From the NCBI GenBank assembly GCA_965199715.1, contig OZ241322.1:1024001-1088000 (forward strand): DNA of 64,000 nt, in the 5' to 3' direction. Source of the DNA: Vicinamibacteria bacterium (GTDB taxonomy: Bacteria; Acidobacteriota; Vicinamibacteria; Marinacidobacterales; Marinacidobacteraceae). Each line of letters begins with the position of its first letter. Positions within the stretch are counted from its first letter, which is position 1. Under the pieces are notes generated by a model, which had not been told where the DNA came from, searched no databases, and saw only the letters and a program-made list of their open reading frames with translations. The translations under genes and the position numbers were made by a program. Positions 18,909 to 28,906 of the stretch are shown in pieces.

Positions 18909-21900
18909 ATCGCCCGCCGGTACCGGCCGCCGACCTCGTGGAGGGCGCGGGTCACCTGGCCGAGGCTCGCGACCTCGACCGTGCGCATCAACTCCTCGAA
19001 GACGTTGCCGCCCGAACGCGCCACGTCCTTCAGGCGGGCCAGCGCCGCCGGGGCCGCGTCCCGGTGCCGCGACTGGAACTCCTCGACGCGCCGCACCCGC
19101 TCCTCCTTCTCGTCGTCGGTCGCGCGCGAGAGCGGGTGGGCGACTTGGGCCGCCTCGCCGGGGGCGCGGAACGTGTTCACCCCGATGATCGGGATCTCGC
19201 CGGAGTCCTTCTTCATCTCGTGCAGGATGGACTCTTCCTGGATGCGGTTGCGCTGGTACTGCCGCTCCATCGCGGCGAGGACGCCGCCCCGCGCCTGGAG
19301 CCGGTCGAACTCGACGAGCACGGCCTCCTCGACGAGGTCGGTGAGCTCCCTGAGGATGAACGAGCCGGAGAGCGGGTTCTCGTTCCACGCGAGGCCGAAC
19401 TCGGCGGTCAGGATCTTCTGGATGGCGATGGCGCGGCGGACCGACGCCTCGGTGGGCGTGGTGATCGCCTCGTCGAAGGCGTTCGTGTGGAGCGAGTTGC
19501 AGCTGTCGTTGATCGCCAGCAGCGCCTGGAGCGTGGTCCGGATGTCGTTGAACTGGACTTCCTGCGCGTGCAGCGACCGGCCCGAGGTCTGGATGTGGAC
19601 CTTGAACTTCTGGCTGCGCTCGGAGGCCCCGTAGCGCAGCTTCATGGCGCGCGCCCAGATCCGCCGCGCCACCCGCGCCATGACCGCGTACTCGGCGTCG
19701 AGGCCGTTGCTGAAGAAGAACGAGAGGTTCCTCGCGAAATCGTCCACCGGGAAGCCCCGGGCGCGGTAGCACTCGACGTACGTGAACGCGTTCGCGAGGG
19801 TGAAGGCGAGCTGGGTGATCGGGTTCGCCCCGGCTTCGGCGATGTGGTACCCCGAGATCGAGACCGAGTAGAAGTTCCGCACGCGCCGGCGGATGAACTG
19901 CTCCTGCACGTCGCCCATCAGCCGGATGGCGAAGGGCACCGAGAAGATGCAGGTGTTCTGCGCCTGATCCTCCTTCAGGATGTCGGCCTGCACCGTGCCC
20001 CGGACGGTCGCGAGCGTCCGCCCGGCGATCTCCTCGCGCTCCGCCGCGCCCGGTTCGCGGCCGGTCTCTTCGGAGAAGCGCGCGACCTCCTGGCGGATCG
20101 CGGCGTTCAGGAACATCGCGAGGATCGCCGGCGCCGGACCGTTGATCGTCATCGAGACGCTCGTCGCGGGATCCGCGAGGCGGAAACCCGAGAACAGCGC
20201 CTCCATGTCCTCGACGGTCGCGATGGACACCCCGCCCTCGCCGATCTTCCCGAAGACGTCCGGGCGGCGAGCCGGATCCTCGCCGTACAGCGTCACGCTG
20301 TCGAAGGCGGTCGAAAGCCGCGTGCTCCCGTCGGCCTCGGTCAGGAGCCGGAACCGGCGGTTCGTCCGGTCGGGGCCCCCCTCGCCCGCGAACTGGCGGC
20401 GCGGGTTCTCCTCGTCGCGGCGGAACGGAAACACCCCCGCGGTGAACGGGTAGCGTCCGGGCAGGTTCTCCTCCAGCAGGAAGCGCAGCGTGTCGGCCGA
20501 CGACGCGAACCGGGGCAGCGCGACCCGCGGGATCCGGGTTCCGGAGGGGGTCTCCCGGAACGTCGCGACCTCGCGCTCGCCGCCGCGCACCCGGAACGAG
20601 ACGGCGTCCCGGCGGTACGCCCGACTCCGCTCCGGCCAGTCGTGGAGGAGTTCCCGGCTGTCCTCGTCGAGCGCGGAGCGGGCCGCCTCGAGCCGCTCGC
20701 CGAGCGCCCGGCGGACTTCGGGTTCGTCGCCGAACTCGCCGAGGACTCCCTCGAGCCGCTCGACGCGCGCGGCGCGCGCGGCCTGCTGGTCCACCCGGTT
20801 CCGTTCGGCGCGCAGCGTCTCGGCGATCTCGGCGAGGTACGCGCTGCGCGCCGGCGGCAGGAGGCGTGTCCGGACGAGGTCGCGGCGCGGCGCGGCCGGC
20901 TCCGGAATCGCGCCGTCGAGCCCGCCCCGGACCAGCCGGAACAGCTCGTCCACGCCCTCGTCTCCGACGCGGCTCGCGACGGTGGGCACGACCGGGACCG
21001 CCGCCGTTCGGGGAAGCCCGCGCGCCCGCTGGAACGCCCGGCGGACTCCGAGCGCCGCGTCCTCGGCGTCGGGGCGGTCCGCCTTGTTCACCGCGACCAT
21101 GTCGGCGAGGTCCAGCATGTCGATCTTCTCGAGCTGGCTGTCCGCCCCGTACTCCCCGGTCATGACGTAGAGCGCCACGTCGGACACGTCCACCACCGCC
21201 GAATCGCCCTGGCCGATTCCGCCGGTCTCCACGATCACGAGATCGCAGCCCGAAGCCCGGTACGCGACGATCGCGTCCTCGATCACCGAGGCCAGCTCGC
21301 TCCCCGAGCGGCGGGTGGCGAGGCTGCGGACGAAGACTTCCGGCCCCTCGACGGCGTTCAGCCGGATGCGGTCCCCGAGCAGCGCCCCGCCGGTGACCCG
21401 CTTCGTGGGGTCCACCGCGAGGACGCCGATGCGCAGGCCGGGCCGGTCGGCGCGGAAGCGCAGCACGAGCTCGTCCAGCACCGAGCTCTTCCCGGCGCCG
21501 CCGGGCCCGGTGATCCCGAGCGTCGGCGCGCGCCGGTCCGCCCGCTCGCGCAGCGCCGCCCGGTCGGCGCCGGACAGGCCCCGGGTCTCGGCGAGGGTGA
21601 TCAGCCGGGCGACCGCCGCCGGGTCGGGAAGCCTCGCCACCAGCGCCTCGAAGGAGTCCTCCTCGCGTCCCCGGCGCCCCTCGCCGGCGGCGCGGATCAT
21701 GTCCTCGATCACCTCGTTCAGGCCGAGCCCGTCCTCGGGGGAGTAGATGCGGGCGACCCCGTAGTCCTGAAGCGCCGCGCCCTCCTCGGGACGGATGACC
21801 CCGCCGCCGCCGCCGAACACCCGGACGTGGCCTCCGCCGCCGCCCCGCAGCAGGTCCACGAGGTAGCGGAAGAACTCGTTGTGGCCGCCCTGGTAGGAGG

Positions 21901-22147
21901 ACACCGCGACCGCGTCGGCGTCCTCCTCGATCGCGGCGGACGCGATCTCCGCCGCGGACCGGTTGTGGCCGAGGTGGACCACCTCCGCGCCCGCCCGCTG
22001 GATCAGCCGGCGGAAGACGTGGATCGAGGCGTCGTGACCGTCGAAGAGCGCGGTCGCGGTCACGAACCGCAGCGGCGCCCGGAGGTCGGCCTCCAAGTCC
22101 CGGCCGGACCCGATCCCCCGCGTCGTGAGACCCACGGGCACGGTCAA
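18905..22147 (-). CDS. icmF: Fused isobutyryl-CoA mutase / MeaB-like GTPase
   Basis: B12 domain (FDGHD), P-loop GPGGAGKS with NKAD, and mutase barrel (RQFAGEG, RLSTAFDSVTLYG, GTVQADILKE, ISGYHI). Confidence 0.94.
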   Translation of the reverse strand: MTVPVGLTTRGIGSGRDLEADLRAPLRFVTATALFDGHDASIHVFRRLIQRAGAEVVHLGHNRSAAEIASAAIEEDADAVAVSSYQGGHNEFFRYLVDLLRGGGGGHVRVFGGGGGVIRPEEGAALQDYGVARIYSPEDGLGLNEVIEDMIRAAGEGRRGREEDSFEALVARLPDPAAVARLITLAETRGLSGADRAALRERADRRAPTLGITGPGGAGKSSVLDELVLRFRADRPGLRIGVLAVDPTKRVTGGALLGDRIRLNAVEGPEVFVRSLATRRSGSELASVIEDAIVAYRASGCDLVIVETGGIGQGDSAVVDVSDVALYVMTGEYGADSQLEKIDMLDLADMVAVNKADRPDAEDAALGVRRAFQRARGLPRTAAVPVVPTVASRVGDEGVDELFRLVRGGLDGAIPEPAAPRRDLVRTRLLPPARSAYLAEIAETLRAERNRVDQQAARAARVERLEGVLGEFGDEPEVRRALGERLEAARSALDEDSRELLHDWPERSRAYRRDAVSFRVRGGEREVATFRETPSGTRIPRVALPRFASSADTLRFLLEENLPGRYPFTAGVFPFRRDEENPRRQFAGEGGPDRTNRRFRLLTEADGSTRLSTAFDSVTLYGEDPARRPDVFGKIGEGGVSIATVEDMEALFSGFRLADPATSVSMTINGPAPAILAMFLNAAIRQEVARFSEETGREPGAAEREEIAGRTLATVRGTVQADILKEDQAQNTCIFSVPFAIRLMGDVQEQFIRRRVRNFYSVSISGYHIAEAGANPITQLAFTLANAFTYVECYRARGFPVDDFARNLSFFFSNGLDAEYAVMARVARRIWARAMKLRYGASERSQKFKVHIQTSGRSLHAQEVQFNDIRTTLQALLAINDSCNSLHTNAFDEAITTPTEASVRRAIAIQKILTAEFGLAWNENPLSGSFILRELTDLVEEAVLVEFDRLQARGGVLAAMERQYQRNRIQEESILHEMKKDSGEIPIIGVNTFRAPGEAAQVAHPLSRATDDEKEERVRRVEEFQSRHRDAAPAALARLKDVARSGGNVFEELMRTVEVASLGQVTRALHEVGGRYRRAM

Positions 22148-22428
22148 TCCTCCCCGGAGTTCACCCGGTCCCGCAGCGCCCTGCCGGGGCGGAAGAAGGG
22201 GATGCTCCGCTCCCGCACCTCGACCGACTCGCCGGTGCGCGGGTTGCGGGCGCGATGGGCCCGGCGCGTCCGCAGCCGAAAACTCCCGAACCCGCGGATC
22301 TCCACTTCCTCGCCGGAGCGAAGCGCCTCGCCCATCGCGGCGAAGACGGTCTCGACGATCCGGTCGGCGTCCCGGCGGCTCACTCCGGAGGAGGCGGCGA
22401 CCTCCGCCGCGAGGCGGGCGCGGGTCAT
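22144..22428 (-). CDS. ihfB: Integration host factor beta / HU family protein
   Basis: VEIRGFGSF and RNPRTGE motifs; position after rpsA is typical of ihfB. Confidence 0.85.
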   Translation of the reverse strand: MTRARLAAEVAASSGVSRRDADRIVETVFAAMGEALRSGEEVEIRGFGSFRLRTRRAHRARNPRTGESVEVRERSIPFFRPGRALRDRVNSGED

Positions 22429-22442
22429 GACCGGGGACCGGG

Positions 22443-24338
22443 TCACCGCTTCCAGATGTCTCCGATCTTCACCGAACCCATGGAGGAGCTGGAATCGGCG
22501 GGGCGCCGATCGTCGTCCACGGCGCGAAGCGAGAGGCCGACCTTGCGGTCGTCGCGGCTGAGCCGAACGATGCGCAGGCGCAGCGGCTGCCCGAGGTGCA
22601 GCCCGTCCTCCGCCTTGCTCGGCGGCGGCTCGCTGATCTCGTTGAGCCGGAGGAGGCCCTGGATGCCCTCCTCGATCTCGATGAAGGCCCCGAAGTCCGC
22701 GAACCGGACGACGGTGCCGTCCACGAGGTCGCCTTCCTGGTGCCGGCTGAAGAAGCCCTCCCAGGCGTCCTCGGACAACTGCTTCAGGCCGAGCGAGAGA
22801 CGGCGGTTCTCGGGGTCGATCGAAAGCACGACGGTCTCGATCTCGTCGGCGACCTTGAGGACCTCCGACGGGTGCCCGACGCGCTTGTTCCAGCTCATGT
22901 CGGAAATGTGGATGAGCCCGTCGATCGAGGAGTCCACCTCGACGAAGGCGCCGAAGTCGGTGAACTTGCGAACCACGCCCTTGAGCCGCGATCCGATGGG
23001 ATAGCGCTCGGCGAGGCGGGGCCACGGGTTCGGCTCGACCTGCTTCAGCCCGAGGCTGATCCGCCGCGACTTGAAGTCGCGCCGGAGCACCATGGCCTCG
23101 ACGTAGTCGCCCTTGGCGAGCAGCTTGGAGGGGTGCTTGCTGCGGCTGCTCCAGCTCATCTCGCTGACGTGGATCAGCCCCTCGATGCCCGGCTCCATCT
23201 CGATGAAGGCGCCGTAGTCGGTGAGGCTCACCACCTTGCCCCGGACCCGCGTCCCGACGTCGTACCGCTCGTGGGCGGTCGTCCACGGATCCACGTTCAA
23301 CTGCTTGTAGCCGAGCGAGACGCGCTCGGCCTCGGCGTCGAACCGGAGGATGACGACCTCGATCTGGTCGCCCGGCTTCATCAGCTCGGACGGATGCTCG
23401 AGCCGCCGGAAGGACATCTCGCGGATGTGCAGCAGGCCGCAGATGCCGCCGATGTCCACGAACGCGCCGTAGTCGGTGAGGTCGCGGACCTCGCCCCGGA
23501 ACACCCGGCCCACCTCGAGGGCGGTCAGCGTCTTCTGCTTCTCCTCCTCGAGCAGGACCCGGCGGGAAAGCACGATGTTGCCGCGGCGCTTGTTGAGCTT
23601 GATGACCCGCAGGTCGAGGTCGCGCCCCTTGTAGCTGCCGAGGTTCCGCACCGGGCGGAGGTCCACCTGCGAGCCGGGCAGGAAGCCGCGGACGCCGATG
23701 TCGCCGATCTCGACCTCGAGGCCGCCGCGGATCCGCTCCACGACCCGCGCCCGGACCGGGATCTGGTTCTCGAAGGCGTCCTCGATCTGGTTCCAGACCT
23801 TCATCTTCTCGGCCTTGCGGTGCGAGAGGACGATGTGGCCGCGCTTGGTGTCGGCCCGCTGCACGAGGACGTCGATCTCGTCGCCCTGCTGGACCCGGAC
23901 GTTGCCGTCCATGTCGCGGAATTCCTCGAGCTGGATCATCCCCTCCGACTTGTGGCCGACGTCGACGATCACGTCGTTGTCGCCCATCTGGAGGACGGTG
24001 CCGCTGACGATCTCTCCCTCGTCGAACTCGGGGTCGAACTCGGACTCGAGGAAGTTCGCGAACTCGGCCGCGTCGGCGTCCTTCGGGTCGAGGGATTCCG
24101 GATCGAGGGATTCCGGGTCGAGAGCCTCCGAGTCGAGAGCCTCCAAGTCGAGGGCCTCCGAGTCGAGGGCCTCCGAGTCGAGGGCCTCCGAGTCGAGGGC
24201 CTCCGGGGCGGCGGCGGCGCCGCCGCCGTCGAGCGGGGACGGCTCTTCGGCCTCCGCAACCGCGGCGGGAGCCGGGATCTCGGGCGCCGCGGTCGCGACG
24301 CCCTCCTCTTGGGTGGTTTCGGGCACGCGCAGCCTCAT
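22443..24338 (-). CDS. rpsA: 30S ribosomal protein S1 with acidic N-terminal extension
   Basis: Six S1 repeats (DYGAFV..GLLHI, FGAFVE..GLIHISDMSW). Confidence 0.97.
   Translation of the reverse strand: MRLRVPETTQEEGVATAAPEIPAPAAVAEAEEPSPLDGGGAAAAPEALDSEALDSEALDSEALDLEALDSEALDPESLDPESLDPKDADAAEFANFLESEFDPEFDEGEIVSGTVLQMGDNDVIVDVGHKSEGMIQLEEFRDMDGNVRVQQGDEIDVLVQRADTKRGHIVLSHRKAEKMKVWNQIEDAFENQIPVRARVVERIRGGLEVEIGDIGVRGFLPGSQVDLRPVRNLGSYKGRDLDLRVIKLNKRRGNIVLSRRVLLEEEKQKTLTALEVGRVFRGEVRDLTDYGAFVDIGGICGLLHIREMSFRRLEHPSELMKPGDQIEVVILRFDAEAERVSLGYKQLNVDPWTTAHERYDVGTRVRGKVVSLTDYGAFIEMEPGIEGLIHVSEMSWSSRSKHPSKLLAKGDYVEAMVLRRDFKSRRISLGLKQVEPNPWPRLAERYPIGSRLKGVVRKFTDFGAFVEVDSSIDGLIHISDMSWNKRVGHPSEVLKVADEIETVVLSIDPENRRLSLGLKQLSEDAWEGFFSRHQEGDLVDGTVVRFADFGAFIEIEEGIQGLLRLNEISEPPPSKAEDGLHLGQPLRLRIVRLSRDDRKVGLSLRAVDDDRRPADSSSSMGSVKIGDIWKR
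24084..24203 (-). repeat. 8 x 15-bp coding tandem repeat (EALDS/ESLDP) in the rpsA 5' end
   Basis: The unit gtcgagggcctccga and variants is directly visible. Confidence 0.95.
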
Positions 24339-24452
24339 GGACGATGTTTGGGAAAAACCTCTTTGCGGGGGAGGCGCCGATAGCGCCGGCCTCGTCCCCT
24401 CTCTCCGTCCGCCGGCTGATAACGCATGGTTCCGCTGCGGCGGGGAGGGAGC

Positions 24453-24481
24453 ATGGTATGCCGCCCGCCGTTTGGCGTCAA
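24453..24481 (-). promoter_or_regulatory. Sigma70-type promoter for rpsA
   Basis: TTGACG (24481-24476), 17-nt spacer, TACCAT (24458-24453). Confidence 0.7.
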
Positions 24482-24500
24482 CGAAGGCTCCGGGGCCGGG

Positions 24501-24509
24501 TGGTAAGAT
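24501..24509 (+). promoter_or_regulatory. Extended -10 element for korAB-pdxST
   Basis: TG-G-TAAGAT about 110 nt upstream of the korA start. Confidence 0.5.
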
Positions 24510-24616
24510 TTCGGGCCGCGCGCTGTCCGGTCAGCGCGCGTCCCCCGGTTCCCGGAGACCGATCCGGCGCCCGGGGACGACTCGCCGAGGAAGGCTCGCT
24601 CACGGTTCACGCATCC

Positions 24617-26401
24617 ATGTCCAACGGTTTCGACTACAGCATCTCGATCGGAGGAGCCGCCGGGCAAGGCATCGCCACCCCCGGCAACATCCTCGCCCGG
24701 ATGATCGTCCGGCGGGGCCTCCACCTGAACGCGTACAACGCCTACCAGTCCATCATCCGGGGCGGCCACATCTTCCTGACGATGCGGATCGGCGACAACG
24801 AGGCGCCCTCGCACGGCGACTCCATCGACCTGATGCTGTGCCTCAACCAGGACACGATGACCCGGCACCTGCGGCACCTCGGCCCGGGCGCCCACGCCGT
24901 GTACAACTCGGACACGATCACGCCGGGCGACCACCAGGACGGGGTGCAGCTCTGCGGGATGCCGGTCGAGGAGCTCACCGGAACCAACAAGAACCGCCTC
25001 GCCCAGAACACGGCGGCGCTCGGAGTCATCGCCCACCTGATGGGCCTTCCCTTCGAGTTCCTCGAGTCGGCGCTCAGCCTCCAGTTCCAGCGCAAGGGCG
25101 ACGAGGTCGTGAAGACCAACGTGGACGTGGCGCGGGCCGGCTTCGACCACTCGTCCGCGAACTTCACGCCGAACCCGGCCCCGATGCCGAAGAACGACTC
25201 CCCGCTCGCGGTCTGGACCGGCAACGACGCGCTCGCCATGGGCGGGGCCGCCGCCGGCGTCAAGTTCTACTGCGCCTACCCGATGAGTCCCTCGACCGGC
25301 GTCCTCCACTGGATGGCGCGGCACTGCCGGGATCTCGGCATCATGGTGCGTCAGGTCGAGGACGAGATCGGCGTCGCCAACATGGCGGTCGGCGCGGCGC
25401 ACACCGGCGCCCGCACGATGTGCGCCACCTCGGGCGGCGGCTTCGCGCTCATGACCGAGGCGGTCGGATCGGCGGCCATGATGGAGATCCCGGTGGTCTT
25501 CATCAACGTGATGCGCGCCGGCCCGTCCACCGGGGTGCCCACGAAGACCGAGCAGGGAGACCTCTGGCAGGCGCTCGGCGCGAGCCAGGGCGACTTCGAG
25601 CGGGTGGTGGTGGCGCCGACCGACGCGACCGACGCCTTCCACACGATAGGCGAGGTGTTCAACCTCGTGGATCGCTACCAGTGCCCGGCGATCGTGCTTT
25701 CGGACCTGCTCATCTCGGAGGGCACCTTCAGCGTCGCCCCCGACGGGATCGACATGTTCCCGCCGATCGAGCGAGGCAAGCTCATCCAGGACGCGAACGG
25801 CGAGGACGCGCCGTACCAGCGCTACCTCGACACCGAGGACGGAATCTCGCCGCGGGCGGTGCCCGGAACGCCGGGCCACGTCCACGTGGTGGCCACCGAC
25901 GAGCACGACGAGGACGGCGTGCTCATCTCGGACGAGTTCACGAACCCGATCAAGCGCCGCCAGATGGTCGAAAAGCGCGCCCGCAAGCTCGCCGACTTCG
26001 AGGCCCGGGTGCCCGCTCCCGAACTCGAGGGCGACGAGGACGCCGAGGTCACGCTCGTCGGCTGGGGCTCCACCCTGGGCGTCATCCACGAAGCCATGGA
26101 GCAGCTCCGCGCCGACGGGGTCCGGGTGAACCGGCTCCACGTGAAGTGGCTCGCGCCCTTCCACCGCGACGCGGTCGCGGCGGCGCTCGGCAAGGCGAAG
26201 CGGACGCTCATCGTCGAGAACAACCACTCGGGGCAGTTCCACCGGTACCTGCGCGGCGAGACCGGAATCACGGTGGACGGCCACATCCGCAAGTACGACG
26301 GCGAGCCGTTCATGCCGCACCATGTCGCCGACGGCGTGAAGGCCCACCTCGCCGGCGAGTCCCCGAGCGTATTCGTCCCCGAACAGGAACTCCTCGTTTG
26401 A
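24617..26401 (+). CDS. korA: 2-oxoacid:ferredoxin oxidoreductase alpha subunit (gamma-alpha fusion)
   Basis: GGAAGQGI, IRGGH, YPMSP, EDEI, TSGGGF, RAGPSTGVPT. Substrate not determinable from sequence. Confidence 0.9.
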   Translation: MSNGFDYSISIGGAAGQGIATPGNILARMIVRRGLHLNAYNAYQSIIRGGHIFLTMRIGDNEAPSHGDSIDLMLCLNQDTMTRHLRHLGPGAHAVYNSDTITPGDHQDGVQLCGMPVEELTGTNKNRLAQNTAALGVIAHLMGLPFEFLESALSLQFQRKGDEVVKTNVDVARAGFDHSSANFTPNPAPMPKNDSPLAVWTGNDALAMGGAAAGVKFYCAYPMSPSTGVLHWMARHCRDLGIMVRQVEDEIGVANMAVGAAHTGARTMCATSGGGFALMTEAVGSAAMMEIPVVFINVMRAGPSTGVPTKTEQGDLWQALGASQGDFERVVVAPTDATDAFHTIGEVFNLVDRYQCPAIVLSDLLISEGTFSVAPDGIDMFPPIERGKLIQDANGEDAPYQRYLDTEDGISPRAVPGTPGHVHVVATDEHDEDGVLISDEFTNPIKRRQMVEKRARKLADFEARVPAPELEGDEDAEVTLVGWGSTLGVIHEAMEQLRADGVRVNRLHVKWLAPFHRDAVAAALGKAKRTLIVENNHSGQFHRYLRGETGITVDGHIRKYDGEPFMPHHVADGVKAHLAGESPSVFVPEQELLV

Positions 26402-26441
26402 AGACCGCTGCGGAACGCTCCCCCATCCCGGAGGAATCTCC

Positions 26442-27338
26442 ATGACGATTGAACTCGCGGCGAAGCCGCTGACCGCCAAGGACTTCAAGGGGAAGGTCGA
26501 TCCCGACTGGTGTCCCGGCTGCGGCGACTTCGGCCTGCTGCGGGCGACGCAGACCGCGGCGGCCCAGAACGGTCTCCGGCCCGAGGAGATCGTCTGCGTG
26601 AGCGGAATCGGCTGCTCGTCGAACTTCCCCGGGTACTTCAACTCCTACGGGATGCACACGCTCCACGGCCGGGCGCTCGCGGTGGCCACCGGAGTCAAGA
26701 TGGCGAACCACGAGCTCACCGTGCTCGTGACCGGCGGGGACGGCGACGGCTACGGAATCGGCGGCAACCACTTCACCCACACCGCCCGGCGCAACGTGGA
26801 CCTCACGTATCTCGTGATGAACAACCAGATCTACGGGCTCACCACCGGGCAGATCTCGCCGAGCAGCAGCGTGGGGATGAAGACCAAGAGCACGCCGTTC
26901 GGCAACGTCGAGCGGCCGGTGAACCCGATCGCGTCGGCGATCGTGAACGGGGCCACCTACGTGGGCCGCGGCTTCTCCGGCGCGCCGAAGCAGCTCGTGG
27001 AGCTCATCAAGGGGGCGCTGGCGCACCCCGGATTCGCGGTGGTGGACGTGTTCAGCCCCTGCGTCACCTTCAACCGGGACAACACCTACCAGTTCTTCCG
27101 GGAGCGGGTCACGCCGCTCGAGAAGGAAGGGCACGACCCCGGCGACTGGCGCGCCGCCTGCGAGAAGTCGATGGATTGGGAGGACCGGATCCACACCGGC
27201 CTCTTCTTCCGCAACGAGTCCGTCCCGGCGCTGCACGCGCTGGAGCCGATTCTCGACGACGGCGCCCCTCCGGTGTCCCGCGTCCCCGAGTCGCTGACCA
27301 AGGAGCAGGCCGACCGGATCATCCGCGGGATGATGTGA
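26442..27338 (+). CDS. korB: 2-oxoacid:ferredoxin oxidoreductase beta subunit
   Basis: WCPGCGD, SGIGCS, GGDGD..N TPP motif, SPCVTFN. Confidence 0.92.
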   Translation: MTIELAAKPLTAKDFKGKVDPDWCPGCGDFGLLRATQTAAAQNGLRPEEIVCVSGIGCSSNFPGYFNSYGMHTLHGRALAVATGVKMANHELTVLVTGGDGDGYGIGGNHFTHTARRNVDLTYLVMNNQIYGLTTGQISPSSSVGMKTKSTPFGNVERPVNPIASAIVNGATYVGRGFSGAPKQLVELIKGALAHPGFAVVDVFSPCVTFNRDNTYQFFRERVTPLEKEGHDPGDWRAACEKSMDWEDRIHTGLFFRNESVPALHALEPILDDGAPPVSRVPESLTKEQADRIIRGMM

Positions 27339-27360
27339 GTCCGCCGAGGAGCAACCGCCA

Positions 27361-28239
27361 ATGACCGCCGAATTCCGCCTCAAGACCGGCCTCGCCGACA
27401 TGCTCAAGGGCGGCGCCATCATGGACGTGACGAACGCCGAGCAGGCGCGGATCGCCGAGGACGCCGGCGCGGTGAGCGTCATGGCGCTCGAGCGGGTGCC
27501 GGCGGACATCCGCCGGGACGGCGGCGTGGCGCGGATGTCCGCGGTGGAGGTCATCCAGGAGATCCTCGACACCGTCAGCATCCCGGTCATGGCCAAGGTC
27601 CGCATCGGCCACTTCGTCGAGGCGCAGCTTCTCCAGCAACTGGGCGTGGACTACATCGACGAGAGCGAGGTCCTCACCCCGGCGGACGAGGAGAACCACA
27701 TCGACAAGCACGAGTTCAACGTGCCGTTCGTGTGCGGCTGCCGGAACCTCGGCGAGGCGCTGCGGCGGGTCGGCGAGGGCGCGGCGCTGATCCGCACCAA
27801 GGGCGAGGCCGGATCCGGCAACATCGTCGAGGCCGTCCGCCACCTCCGCCGGATCAACGGCGAGATGCGCCGGCTCACGGTGCTTCGCGGCGACGAGCTG
27901 ATGTCCGAGGCCAAGCGCCTCCAGGCACCGTACCAGATCGTCCGGATGGTGGCCGAGACCGGCAAGCTGCCGGTGCCCAACTTCGCGGCGGGCGGCGTGG
28001 CCACTCCCGCGGACGCGGCGCTTTGCATGCAGCTCGGCGCCGAATCGGTCTTCGTCGGCTCGGGCATCTTCAAGTCGGCGGACCCGGCCCCCCGAGCGCG
28101 GGCGATCGTGAAGGCGGTCACCCACTACAAGGACCCGGCGATGCTGGTCGAGGTTTCCCGCGGCCTCGGCGACCCGATGCGCGGACTCGACACCTCCTCG
28201 ATGCCGGAGGAGGAGCTCCTCCAGACCCGCGGCAACTGA
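27361..28239 (+). CDS. pdxS: Pyridoxal 5'-phosphate synthase lyase subunit
   Basis: [40 protein letters not shown]. Confidence 0.98.
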   Translation: MTAEFRLKTGLADMLKGGAIMDVTNAEQARIAEDAGAVSVMALERVPADIRRDGGVARMSAVEVIQEILDTVSIPVMAKVRIGHFVEAQLLQQLGVDYIDESEVLTPADEENHIDKHEFNVPFVCGCRNLGEALRRVGEGAALIRTKGEAGSGNIVEAVRHLRRINGEMRRLTVLRGDELMSEAKRLQAPYQIVRMVAETGKLPVPNFAAGGVATPADAALCMQLGAESVFVGSGIFKSADPAPRARAIVKAVTHYKDPAMLVEVSRGLGDPMRGLDTSSMPEEELLQTRGN

Positions 28240-28249
28240 GGCGGAGCGC

Positions 28250-28834
28250 ATGACGCGCCGGCCCGCCATCGGAGTGCTCGCGCTCCAGGGCAGCTTCGCG
28301 CTGCACGCGGACATGCTCCGAAGCCTCGGACTCGAGCCGATCGAGGTGCGCAAGCGCAGCGAGTTCGAGGGGCTCGACGGGCTCATCGTCCCCGGCGGCG
28401 AGAGCTCCACGATGCTCAAGTTCCTCGACGAGGAATCGCTGTCCGAGCCGATCCGCAACATGCATGCGGAGGGCCGGGCGCTCTACGGAACCTGCGCGGG
28501 GGCCATCCTGCTGGCGCGCGCGGTCGAGAACCCGCCGCAGGACGCGCTCGGCCTGATCGACGTGACCGTCCGGCGCAACGGCTACGGGCGGCAGGTGGAC
28601 AGCCACATCGCGAGCGCCCCCTGCCCCGCGCTCGGCGAGCCCGAGCTTCCGGTCGTGATGATCCGGGGGCCGGTCATCACCGAGGTCGGGCCGGACGTGG
28701 AAGTGCTGGCCGAGCACCGGGGCCACCCGGCGCTCGTGCGCGAGGGCCGGGTTCTCGCGAGCACCTTCCACCCGGAACTCACCGAGGACACGCGCGTCCA
28801 CGAGTGCTTCGTCCGCCTCGCGGCGAACGACTGA
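28250..28834 (+). CDS. pdxT: PLP synthase glutaminase subunit
   Basis: GVLALQG, PGGESS, GTCAG, RNGYGRQ, FHPE. Confidence 0.97.
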   Translation: MTRRPAIGVLALQGSFALHADMLRSLGLEPIEVRKRSEFEGLDGLIVPGGESSTMLKFLDEESLSEPIRNMHAEGRALYGTCAGAILLARAVENPPQDALGLIDVTVRRNGYGRQVDSHIASAPCPALGEPELPVVMIRGPVITEVGPDVEVLAEHRGHPALVREGRVLASTFHPELTEDTRVHECFVRLAAND

Positions 28835-28854
28835 CGAAGCCGGCTTAACGAAAC

Positions 28855-28886
28855 CCGGCCGCCGCGGCTTGCACCGCGGCGGCCGG
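28855..28886. terminator. Hairpin between convergent pdxT and pal (probable intrinsic terminator)
   Basis: Perfect 13-bp stem ccggccgccgcgg/ccgcggcggccgg with a 6-nt loop. A T-rich tail (gtttcgtt) follows on the minus strand. Confidence 0.75.
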
Positions 28887-28906
28887 TCGCCGGAGCGGGG
28901 TTCGCT

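Noticed and set aside
18938-22561. 1207-aa plus-strand ORF
   Set aside because: Shadow of icmF on the opposite strand.
24084-24203. Possible CRISPR array
   Set aside because: Contiguous 15-bp units without spacers, in frame within rpsA, and no cas genes.
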